DNA from: Bryobacteraceae bacterium | GTDB taxonomy: Bacteria > Acidobacteriota > Terriglobia > Bryobacterales > Bryobacteraceae | NCBI GenBank assembly: GCA_035650295.1 | Contig: DASRHX010000677.1 | Location: 1 to 48,625 of the forward strand | DNA length: 48,625 nt | Direction: 5' to 3' | In this document: piece by piece, positions 9,029 to 19,700 of the stretch | How the letters are laid out: the number at the start of each line of letters is the position of its first letter | Position numbering within the stretch: the stretch's first letter is position 1 | Notes under the pieces: model-generated | The model's database searches: none | Told to the model about the DNA's origin: nothing | Seen by the model: the letters and a program-made list of their open reading frames with translations, nothing else | Position numbers and translations under genes: made by a program

Positions 9029-9337
9029 ATGACGATGAGAAGTGCCGACAGCGAGTGTACGACCTTGCGAGGTACTGTGCGCGTATCCGATAAATGCTTC
9101 TACTGCGACGAGCCAGTGACCATCTATGACAACGCCGAAAAGGTGAACTCATCGGAAGGTCCTCTCCCAGCGCATCCCGAATGCAATTTCCGCGCGATCA
9201 TGGGAAGCGTGGCGCACATCGAGCGGCGCTGTCAGTGTTTTGTCCGTGGCTCAACGGAAACCGATCCCGAGGGCATGACCTGTCGCGAAGCAGCACGCGC
9301 GGCGGTGCAGGCGTGGGAGAAAAAGAGGGCCAAGTGA
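9029..9337 (+). CDS. Cys-rich hypothetical protein, last rightward gene of the left arm
   Basis: 102-aa ORF, convergent with the end of the late operon. Confidence 0.5.
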   Translation: MTMRSADSECTTLRGTVRVSDKCFYCDEPVTIYDNAEKVNSSEGPLPAHPECNFRAIMGSVAHIERRCQCFVRGSTETDPEGMTCREAARAAVQAWEKKRAK

Positions 9338-9348
9338 CTTTGGCCCTC
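9316..9348 (-). terminator. Terminator of the leftward late operon
   Basis: GAGGGCCAA/TTGGCCCTC 9-bp stem (9325-9348), followed on the minus strand by TTTTT. Confidence 0.6.
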
Positions 9349-9368
9349 CGTGGATGAGACGTGGCTGT

Positions 9369-9506
9369 CTACTTGAGAGGCAGCAGCGGCAGCAGCGCCG
9401 CGATAGCCAGCACGATGACAGCGACCCACAGCGGCGCTTTGCCCATCGCGGACAAGATCGCGACGATGAGAGCTGCGAGCACCAAGATCAGTGAAATGGT
9501 AAGCAT
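9369..9506 (-). CDS. 45-aa double-hydrophobic-segment membrane peptide (holin-like candidate), not in ORF track
   Basis: Hand translation MLTISLILVLAALIVAILSAMGKAPLWVAVIVLAIAALLPLLPLK; AGGAGA SD 7 nt upstream; last gene before the terminator. Confidence 0.45.
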   Translation of the reverse strand: MLTISLILVLAALIVAILSAMGKAPLWVAVIVLAIAALLPLLPLK

Positions 9507-9514
9507 GGGTTCTC

Positions 9515-10087
9515 CTACGTGATGACGACCGAAACGATTTCATTGAGCACGTTCGGCGTCTTGGTTCCGACCCGCACCGCGTTGCTTGTGGTTGACGCTT
9601 GCAGGAAAGGAATTGCGTTCATGGCCGCTGCAACCAACGCGGCGGCCACTCCTGCGCTGGAACCAATCGGCACTATTGTCGTCACTCCGCGCGCGCTCCC
9701 CTCGCCGTTGATCTTGTAGTTCACAACGACGGTGCGCGCTGCATCGGCAGCGCCAGCGAAGACGACGGCCGGGAAGGCAACCGTGCCAGACAGGGGCGGA
9801 ATAACGGCCGGCGCCGGCGGCGCTGGCGCGCCGATGCGCGTGATCGCCGCAATATCGGCCGCGCCGCCGTCTGCATCCGCGCCCTTCGTGATCGGTGAGC
9901 TGGTGGGCGCAGCCATGCCAGACCCAGGTTGAAACTCGCCGCCGAGTGATGGGCAGAGGTACGCGGCGTCGCTGCCACCATACGCGGGGTCGACGGGGAC
10001 GGCAGCGGCCGAGGCGTAGCCGCCCGGCGATGAGCGCGTGTAGGCCGTGTCGCCCGTGCGAAAGGGTGGAGTAGTTTGGTCGATCAT
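9515..10087 (-). CDS. Late structural paralogue B (tail/receptor-binding candidate)
   Basis: Start moved to ATG 10087 (GAAGGAG SD). Shares the N-terminal AYT..PGG...VDP...AYL.PSLGGEF.P motif and C-terminal layout with 10098-10769. Confidence 0.6.
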   Translation of the reverse strand: MIDQTTPPFRTGDTAYTRSSPGGYASAAAVPVDPAYGGSDAAYLCPSLGGEFQPGSGMAAPTSSPITKGADADGGAADIAAITRIGAPAPPAPAVIPPLSGTVAFPAVVFAGAADAARTVVVNYKINGEGSARGVTTIVPIGSSAGVAAALVAAAMNAIPFLQASTTSNAVRVGTKTPNVLNEIVSVVIT

Positions 10088-10097
10088 GGGGACTCCT

Positions 10098-10769
10098 TCA
10101 GATAACCGAGATGTTGAAATGGGTGAGAAGGCCGCCGAGCCCGACCACGTTGACCGTGCCGCCGGTGCCGCCCGCGTCGAGTCCGAACACCGCATCGACG
10201 GCTGCGCGTGCCTTGGCTGCGATCTGCGAGCCGGTGTCGCCGCTCAACACGTGGATGTCCAGCGTCTGTAACGGGTTGTCGTTGATGCTGTACGTGAGAC
10301 GAATGACGGTGTTGCGCTGCGCGGGGCCGCTGAAAGTTGCGCTGCCCTGGTTGCCGACGAGCACGTTGCCCGTGACCGTAATGCCGGATGGCTCCGGCTC
10401 TTCCATTGCCGGCGGCGGGTTTGGGTTGTTCTGATCGAGGCCTTGCGGCGGCGTCTTGCGCCACGGGTACAGATTCAGAACACTCGTGTTGTTGGCCGCG
10501 CGTCCTGGCCAAACAATCGGCGCGGTCGGCACCACTGGCGGCGTGACCGTGACGACGGCGGCGGCGTCGAGCAGTGCTTCGCCACCGTCCGCCGGAGCGC
10601 CTAACAAGAGTGAGAGCGCCGGGCCAAACTCGCCGCCGAGTGATGGTTTCAGGTACGCCTTCGTATCCGTGAAGGACGGATCGACTGCGGTAGTATCCAC
10701 CGGCAGCCCGCCGGGGGCAGCGCTCGTGTATGCGAGGTCCGTTTCGGATGTTAGTTCGATGTCTCTCAT
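10098..10769 (-). CDS. Late structural paralogue A (tail/receptor-binding candidate)
   Basis: 223 aa; paralogous to 9515-10087; immediately downstream of the giant gene. Confidence 0.6.
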   Translation of the reverse strand: MRDIELTSETDLAYTSAAPGGLPVDTTAVDPSFTDTKAYLKPSLGGEFGPALSLLLGAPADGGEALLDAAAVVTVTPPVVPTAPIVWPGRAANNTSVLNLYPWRKTPPQGLDQNNPNPPPAMEEPEPSGITVTGNVLVGNQGSATFSGPAQRNTVIRLTYSINDNPLQTLDIHVLSGDTGSQIAAKARAAVDAVFGLDAGGTGGTVNVVGLGGLLTHFNISVI

Positions 10770-10775
10770 GACTGT

Positions 10776-13700
10776 CTACTCCGGTATCTCTTCGTTCAGT
10801 AATGGGTCTGTGGTTGCGGCATTGGTCGCCTTCGCCGACTCCGCCTCAGCCATCGCGTCTATGTTGCCGGCCGCCGCCTTGGCCTTCGTTTCTGGCGACA
10901 CGTAGTCCTGCCCGCTCATCAGCTCCGCGCCGGTCTCGCTAACCCATTTAGTGACTCGCCCACCTGTCAGAAAGGGCAAGCCATAGCCAATGGCGGCATC
11001 GAGGAGTGGGTTGGCGCCGGCTATCGAAAGCGCCTTCGAGGTGCCCCAAATCCACGCCGCTCGCCACGTCAGCTCAGTCAGTTTGTATTCCGAGTTCGCA
11101 TTCATGGGGGTGTCGTTGAGGCCGGCGCGCGCGGCGTCCTGAATGAGCTTCAGCGGCAAGGCGATCGTGGGGCCGGCCATGAGCTGGGTCAGATCACGCT
11201 CGTACTTGAGTCCAAACATCGCGTTCACCAGCGGATCAGCCGAGCCGAACATGCCGCTGCGTGACATTGACTGCCAAAACCAGTTGGGCAGTCCAAACTG
11301 CCTTTCTGCGAGCTTTTCTTTCTGCTCCTCCCAATCGTCGCCGCCGTAGAGCCATGCGCGCACCATGTACGCGGCCATCTGGGAGCCCATCAGCAGCGCA
11401 AAATTGGCGGCAGCGGAAGCGGCTGTTGCGACACCGATGGCCTTGTCTTCCTTCCACGCGTTGGAGATGCGTTTGCCGGTCGCAATGAGAATGTGACGCT
11501 GATAGGCAAACTGGAATGACAGGATGCCGTACATGTACGAATACTCTGGCTGCGAGGCCATGCGCGGCTTGTCGATGGCTCTCGGGTCCATGATTGCGCC
11601 ATCCGTGAAGCGGTTAATCGCCGTGCGGATTTCATCCAGGTGCCGCAACTTGTCCAGTTGCTGCACGGTCGTGATGTCGCCCAGCGATTGCAGTTCGCGC
11701 AGTAGTTCGAGGTTTGCCGAATCGAGGCCGAGTTCGGCGAGCGCCTGACGGGCAAGCACGGCCCTTGGCCCCGTGCCCAGGGCGCGGTTGGCGATCTTCG
11801 GCGCGTAACGCTGCATGAAAATCTGCGACGTAGCGCGCCGCATACTCATCGCGTGCGGGTGGATGCCGCTGATATGAAAGAAGCGCTGCGCCTTCACGCG
11901 ATCCGAGGAGTTCATCTCCAAGAGGTTGTAACGCTGAAGCATGAGCTGGTCGGCCAGATGGTCGGCCACGACGCCGAAGTACTCGGACATTTCGCGCCGC
12001 CATGCGGATTTTTGCTTCGCGCTCTTGATGGGCAGGTGTGAAACCAAGTCCTGCATCTGCGCATAGAACACACGGAGGATGTCTGTCATGTCGCGAGTTG
12101 CGCGCGCGACGACGATCGGCTCCGATATCTGCGACCAGAGCGCGCGCGCAAAAATGAATGGCGTCAGCACCGCGGCAATGCGCCCGCGCCAGCGAATGCC
12201 CTTCTGCGTCATGTTGGTGCTGTAGCGGCCGGTGAGTAGTTCGATGGATTTCTGCAACTCTTGGAAGTCGTCGGTGCTCATGCGTTTTTCAGAACCATCT
12301 ACTGCGGTGTACGGTTCGTTTGCCTTCTGCATCGCCGCATCGAGCTTCCAGCCGAGTTTCCTTTCCGGCGTTCCTGCCCTCGCGTTGGCCGACGCGGGGT
12401 TGCCGAAGAACTTGCCAAACTCCACGCGATGCACGGAATGCGAGATGTATGTGGTGATGAGTTCCAGCGGATCGTTCTTCAGGTAGTCGCCCATGATCTG
12501 ATCGGTTTCTGCCGGCAGGATGCGCGCCTTGGTGTAGTCGCTATTCGGATCGAGTTGGTCGAACGCAAACGCAGGCTTGTCACCCAGGCCGCGAATACGC
12601 ATTTCCCAATCGTTCGCGGCTTCCATCGCCCACGGATCGCGCAGCCCGTCATAGATGATTTTGCCCAGCGCGCGCACCTCGTCCTCGAGCTGGTCTGTGT
12701 CCTCGCCGGCCTCAGCAGCCTCCTTGAGCTCCGCCAGCTTCTTGTTGAGCGCCTTGGCGTCGTCTAACAATGCCTTGGCCGCCGCCTTGGCTTGCAATAC
12801 TCGACCAGTGCGCGCGATCTCCCGCACGTATTGCGTGAGATTTTCCAGCCGCTCCGGGTGTTCCAACGGGTCTTCGAGCACGTGATCGAGCGTGCCGACT
12901 TCGCGAGGGTAGACGAGCTTGTACAGCTTCTGTGCCTGCGCGCGGAATCCCGCCAGATCGCCCTCGACAACCAGGGAGTCAATCATGCGCGGTAGATAGC
13001 CGTTCTTCGCGTAACCGATGTTGACACCGTTGCTGACGTTATAGTTGTACATGTCGTTGAGGAAGCGGCGCATGTCGGCCGCCGGCGCCCTGATCTTCTC
13101 TGACACTGAGTTCTCAGGGATCGCATTCACCAACACATCGCGCATCTGCCGCAGCTCCCCGTCTGTGAAGCCACGTACGCCATGTTTCTCGATAATCTTC
13201 GCGAATCGATTCTGGTAGTCCTTTTCCCAGTGTTTGACTTCGTCGTTGTAGACCTTCCCCTGTATGCCGACGTTGGCGCCTGGGTCAGTGGCGAACATCC
13301 GCACCAGCGTCGCAAGTCCGGTGTTGCCCTTATGTTTGGCCTGGAGCGAAAGCAGTACGCCGCGAACCGTGAACGCGATCATCGCGGGCATTGCTTTGAT
13401 TTTCCCCGCAGCAATCATGCCCAGATTCGCGAACCAGCGGCGGGTGGGGCCGTAGCCCTTCGCGTTGAGCTTCGCGTCGCGGATGCCTTTCTCCTGCTCC
13501 GCGCGCGCGCGGGCATCGCGATCGGCACGATGCGTCTCGGCGAGTTGGCGCTGAAACGGTGCCTTCAAACGCTCGATGACGCTGCGCGCCTGCTGCATGA
13601 CCTGCGGTGGCAGATTTGGCGCGAGCTTGCGCCAGTAGCGAGTGTCGGTCGGCTCGATGGTGTTCGGCGCGCTGCCGGTCGGTGCAAGGCTGCGATCCCG

Positions 13701-16700
13701 CATCGCGCGCATCAACGTATCGAGCGCCGCGAAGATGTTGCCGCGATCCATCGCCTGCGGATACGGCACGCTCATCCAGCCGATGCGGTTCTCGTCGTAC
13801 ATGCGCGCCGACTGCGTGACGAACGGGTGATCGGCCGGCAGGCCCGCGATCTTGTGGGCGATGTATGACTCGTACACGCGCGCGAACATTTCCGTTGGCC
13901 GCTGCCAGTAGCCTTTATCGCTGTCTTCGGGCGTGGGGCCATCCTTCGCCTTCGCGCGCTCGTAGTAGTCGGACGCGATGTCCTGCTTCTTCGATTGTCC
14001 GGCTATGAACGTGTCGAGCTTTTTCTGGAGCACGGCCTTTTGTTTCGGCGTCTTCGCGGCTTTGATTTTGGCTTCAAGGTCTGCGACGTAGGTCGCCGCT
14101 GCGTCAGCATTGAAGAACATCGAGTTGAGCAACATGGCAAACGCGTCGCGCACCTGTTCATCGAGCGTTTGTGTCGTGCCGCCCTGGCGAGTCTTGCCGG
14201 TCAGGTGCCGGCCTTTGATGGCAAGGATATCTTGCGCATGGGTCTCGACCAGATAGTGATCGAGCGCGTGCGCCCACTCGTGCGCGAACGCATCGTTGCG
14301 GCGAGTCATGCCGATCGTTTTCGTGCTTGGCATGTAGTAGGCGAGGGCGCCGTCGTACTCGCGATGCAGCTGCATGGCCAGCCGGCCATTCAAACTCATG
14401 AATTCCGGGTTGACGTTCTGCACGGCGGCGAGGTTTGTTAGACCAATCCACGCATCTTTCAGCGCGTCGATGGCCTCGCCGATGGGTAGGTTTTTGTCCA
14501 TCTGAATATCGCGGAAACCGAACCGCGCCTTCAGAAGTTCGACGGCCTTATCGAAACGCCGCTTCGGCGTCGCCAGCTCCATCAGATCCGCGTTGATGTT
14601 GTTGTCAGTCCAGATGGTGTCCGGCGCGGCGCGGATTTCGCCTTCGCGCGTCATGCTGAACGGCCCAGGTTGTCGCTTGCTCTTGCGACGTTGCGGGCGG
14701 CGTACTTCGTCGCGCTCCTCGGCTTTGCTGGTATCGACGGGCTCCGGCGTCTCTTCACGTGGCACATTGCCCTTGCGTACTTCCTCCGCGTACCGCCGCA
14801 GCGATTCAGCCTCGTCCGTGTTGCCTTCCTCTTCAGCCTCGTCCGCCGCGCGATCGAGTGCATCGGCCTGTTCTGCCAGCGTAGGAATAGGCGCGTTGGC
14901 GTCGATGTCCGGTTCGAGCGTCTGTTGGTCTGCCCGTCCCTCGGCCGCTGGTTTTGCCGGTTTTGCCGCCTTGGTCTTCGTCGCACTCTTGACGAGCTGG
15001 CGCAGCGCGTCACGCGCCTCCGCATATTCGTAGTTCTCATACGGGTCGGTGACAACTTCGCGAATCTGTTCTTCCGTGAACCCGGCGGCGAGCGCCTGTT
15101 CGACGGCGCCGGCCGCTTCCGGGAACTGCGATAGCAGGCGTTCGGCCGGCGTCGCGTCGAGGTAGTTATTAGCCATGAAGAAGGAGGCGGCGAAACCTTC
15201 CGGCGTCGCGCTGCGCGCGTTCTTCGTTCTCAGGCTGCCGCCGCCGTACTTCGCGTGCATCTTGGAGCCTTCACTGGGCTCCACGGGAGCGACGGGAAGA
15301 TCAGTGTTGAACTTGCCCCACAGCAATGTTTTCTTCGTGTACGGGTCGCCGAAATCGTTCGGGTTGAACGAGTAGCGCGCGGGCGGCAATCCGGTCAGCG
15401 ACTCGATGCGGCCCACGGGATTCTCCAGCACCCAGAATCGCGGGCGCCAGAATTCCACTGTGCGCAGCGCCTGGAACACGAGTTCCTTGCTGGCCTCCGT
15501 GCGTCCGTCCGCATCCTTGTCGGCGAACCAGCGCGCGCCGGAGCTGGCGAAGTCCGTACACGGACAAGCAATCAGGATGCCGTCTACGGTGTGAATGTCC
15601 GGCATGTTGTCGGCAAACCATTCGACGGAAAAATCCTTGATGTCCGCGCCGTTCTGGATGTCGAACACGCGCACGTCGTAGCCAGCGTCGGCGAACGGCC
15701 TCGCCCAGTTACCCGTGAGGTCGAAGAGCGACAGGATTACCCGTTCGCTGTTGCCCTTCGGACGCTTGATCTTGCCCTGTTTCTCGGCGTGCTCCTGCCA
15801 ACTCTCGATGCGGCGCGCGGCCTCCTCTCTGGATAGATAGGTGCCGTAACTGGGGTGATCGGTGGCGCGCGTGCGCTTTTTCGGCGCGGCGAAGAGCGCC
15901 GGGAATTCGTTGATGACTTCGCTGAATTTGTCTTGCGTTGTTTCGAGCGGGAGGGTCTTGCCGCTGTCTGCCGCCTCCGTTTCGCCCTCCGCGTTCTGGC
16001 GCACCGGCCCCTCGGGCTGCGGGTACACCTCTCCGCGCTGCAACGGTTTAGCTGAGGCTGGTGCGGCGGGCGCCGGTTTCTCCGCAGGTTTCGCGGGCGG
16101 CGTAGTCGGCGCAGCCTGGGCGGGCAGGGGATGGTCTTTCGCATCGATCAGGGCGATGCCGTCTTTCAGTGCCGCAAGCCACTCGCCCTCGAAGCTCACT
16201 GCTTCTGCCGGTGTGTCTGCGGCATCGCGCTTCTGGCGCGTCGCATTAATCCGTGTCGAGGCCGAGAGGATGTTCCAAAAGGTTTTTGGGTAATCCTCCT
16301 GCTTCATCACCTTGAACTTTTCCCAAAACTCTTTCTCTGCCGCCTCCGTCTCCGGCGCAACCGGGGGGATCATTCCCACCCTCTCAGCCTCGGCGATCGC
16401 GTCGAGGCCCTTCTGCACCTCCGCCATCAACTCGGCGTTTGCGGTCGCCTTGTCTTCTTCCTTGGCACCATCGACTTTGCTTTTTGCGGCATTTATCGCG
16501 GTGCCCGCGTCCACGATTTTGTGGTGGATGCTTCGCGGGTACTTGTAGAGCGTATGGCCCCACCAGAACTTCCAAAACTCATCGAACCCCTTTCGCCATT
16601 CCGGCGGCGTCGGTGCTTGGACAGGCGCTGGCGGCGGCTTTTTCGCTGTCAGCGATGGTGGTTTCAGTTTTGCCTTCTTCGCGAACTCCTCGAATGCCTT

Positions 16701-19700
16701 GAGCGCTTTTTGGGCTTTTGCAACCTGATCGTGATAGTCGATCGCGTTCTGCGATTCCGTTGCGGCATCGAGGACTTTTTGTACATCCTCTGGAGTGATG
16801 CCCATCTCAACGAGCCCTTCCGCGCCTTTCGATTTCATCAGCGCAGTGAACTCAGTCATGTAGTGATTAATGGTCACGGTGGCTTCGTGGAGCTTATCGA
16901 CCATTTCTTGCGTGATTTCTTTACCGGAGTCCGCGAGGTTTCCGGCAATGGACGCCTTCAGTTTGCCGAGCGGGGTTCCGTCGTCGGCAGTGGTCTCTGG
17001 CTTCTGTGCGTTCGCGAGAACGCCGGCCATTAACTTCTTGACCGGATCGGTCTCACCGGTTTCAGTCGGTGGCGCGGCAGCTGCGCCACTTCGCACATAC
17101 GCTTCGCCGGTCAGCTTTTTGTATTCGGCTTCAAACTTTTTCAGTTTCTCTCTGTGGCGATCAATGTGCGCCTGTAGTTCGGCCTTCTTCTTGGGATCGG
17201 TTTCCGCATCGCGCTTCGCCTCTGCATCAGCAATGACTTTGTAGTACTCCTCAAGCCAATGCTCCGCCTCGTCTCGTGCGTTTTTGAATTTTGGCGCCGC
17301 AGCGGGCGCTGCCGGAGCTGGCGCAGCCTGGGCGGCTGGGGCCTTCTTCGCCGGCTTGCCCTTGCGCGCGGCCTTGGCCGCTTCCTCGGCTAACTGTTTC
17401 TGTCGCGACGTTGGCTCCGGCACGCGGCCGGCGGCGATTTCCTTCGCCTCATGAATCAATCGCGCAACTGACACGTGCGCAAAGCCGACCGCATCCTCGC
17501 GTTGCAAGACGTTCGTGGCCGTGCCGATTTCGGCAATGTCTTCACGCAAGCTCGTGAGGATTTCCGGCGAGAGTTTTTCCGCCGGCACCTGGGCCATCAG
17601 CGACTCCAGCTCATCGAGCTTCGGCAGCAAGTCGCGCGCGCTCTTGACGGCGCGGGCGTCGTGCGTCTCTTCGTTCTTCACTTGGCCGAATTTCTTCGGC
17701 GCCTTGATGAATTCGTTGAGCGCCGCGCGCTCTGTGTCGAACGGGCGCGCGCTTGCTTCGGCCGGCGGCGCGATCGGCATTTCCGGCGCTGGCGCGGCCG
17801 GCGGCGCATTGACGACTTCGCCCTCACTGCCGAATAGTTTGCCCTGTGCCGGCGGCGGTGCCGCTGGCTTGCGCTTGCCCTTCGGTGTGACTGCCTCGCC
17901 GAGCGTTCGCGGCTGAGAGGCAGCCCCACCCGCCGGGGGTTTCTGCGTCGGTGAAACCGGTTGACCTGCTTGGGGCGCAGATGTCGGCGCGGGTTCAGTT
18001 GACGCAGAAGGGGCGGGTGGGGCTGACTGTTGAAATGCGGTAGATAGGGAGCGGCTTTCCTCTGGAATGCTGACGCCAGCCGGATTTTTGCTCTTGCTCG
18101 TGTACTCGGCAACGATCTCTTCGAGCGGGCGCCTATCTTCTGGCGGAACCGCGATCGATTTCCCGTTCGGCTGGATCAGCGTCCAGCCGCCATGAATTCC
18201 GGGTGTTGCTTCGACGGTAGCGGGACCGCCTGTGCTGGTCTCGTCCTCAACCTGGGCCTGAATGACGAACGCGCCAGCGCGCGGAGGAGTCGCCGTCCTC
18301 TGGGAAGCAGTGGACGGGGCTGTAGGACCCACCGCACCGCCGATCCCAGAGGCCGGACTACCCGTGGTTGCGGGCGGCGGCATTGTACCAGCGTCCGGCG
18401 GCGGGCCTGCGCCAAATCGCATCGCTGGGACTGAGATGCCAGCCAGCTCAGACAGGTCGATCGTCGGGCCGGCTTGGGTGTTGATCGGCAGCTGCATCGG
18501 AATGTCGGACTGCTGCGGCAAGTTGGGCGCAGCGAATCCGCCGCCGCCCTGGCCGGCAAGAATGTCGGCGAAGTTCGCGACCGTGGATGCGTTGAAGCCA
18601 TCTGGCGCGCCGCCACCGGGCGGCGTTGGCGGCCTCGACTCAGGCAATGGGTCCGGTGTGCCGTACTGGAAAGCGGACTCATCGATGTGTGGTTCTGGCA
18701 GTGGGCTCGTCAGAACGCCGACGCCACCGCCCATGATGCCGCCGAGCACTGGCGCGCGCGCCATCCGCTCAAGCGCTTCGGCCACCGTCATGTCAGGGTT
18801 TAACCAGCCCTTGTCGACAGCGACGTTGATGTCTTCCGTGATTTCTTCGGAGATCGCCTCGGCTGTCGCCGTGCTGATTACATGCCCGCGCTTTCCTTCG
18901 GCCCACTTGCCGATCATCTTGCGCATCGCCTCTTTGCCGGTGGCCGTCTTCAAAGCCACTTCCAACACGCCCATTTCCGGCGCTACTTCGGCAAACGTCC
19001 TTGCCATCGAACCGAAGAGGGCTGTCGCATCGTCATGTCCCTCGTTCTTGAGGTTGGCGAATTCCTCGGGCAAGACAAGGCCGCCCATCGTCAAAGCGCC
19101 TGCTTCTGGCCCCAGCGCTATGCCAGCCACGAGAGCGGGAACCATGTCCGCGAGAACGGAATTCGCGGAATCGAAGAAGAACGCATCTGGACCCCACTCG
19201 CTCTCGAAGTGCGGGCGGGTGCGCTGGAGTTCGGCCGCGATGTCCTGTCGCTCCTTCGCGAGTCCTTCGAGTCGCGCGTCCTGCTCTGCGATCAGCGCGC
19301 GGTTCTCTTCCTTGAAGTTCTCCAGTTCCTGCGGCTCCATGTTGGCGATCGACGGCCAGTCGCGCGTGAAGACATCGGGCCGCACGCCTGCGCGCTTCGC
19401 CATTTCGGCAACATACGGGTCCTCGTCGTAGTTGATGCGGTCGCGCGGGTCCGCGACGGTGCGATTGAATTCGTCGATGCGGCGAATCGCGTCCGGCAAC
19501 ACCATCGCCTGCCAGAACTTTTTGCGTGCGTCCTGGCTGGCAACCATTTCCTGCGCGCCGACCGCTTTTAATCCGTAGCGGCCCACGACGGTCGGCGGGA
19601 TTGCTGCCAACGTGTCGCCGAACGTCGCATAAGGGCGAGTGTCGATCGGCGCTTGTGGTCTGGCGGCGGCGACTTCGATTTCTTGCAGCGGATTGCGCTG

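Noticed and set aside
9232-9543. 103-aa minus-strand ORF from the track spanning the operon end
   Set aside because: It crosses the terminator hairpin and overlaps the convergent + strand gene. The 45-aa ORF in another frame (9369-9506) has a proper SD and a membrane-protein sequence.
10088-10195. Long N-terminal extensions proposed by the track for several late genes (9515-10195, 20378-21619, 28854-30995, 33053-33703, 33673-36543, 36592-36927, 37732-39285, 39442-39843)
   Set aside because: The extensions overlap the preceding gene by 30-100 nt and lack SD boxes. Internal ATG/GTG codons with good SD boxes sit at, or a few nt after, the upstream stop, in keeping with the coupling pattern of the operon.
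9515-10769. Diversity-generating retroelement targeting the tandem paralogues, by analogy with BPP-1-type podophage tropism genes
   Set aside because: I saw no reverse-transcriptase ORF (no YxDD-type motif) anywhere in the window. I also saw no non-coding template repeat matching either C-terminus. The genes look like ordinary diverged paralogues.
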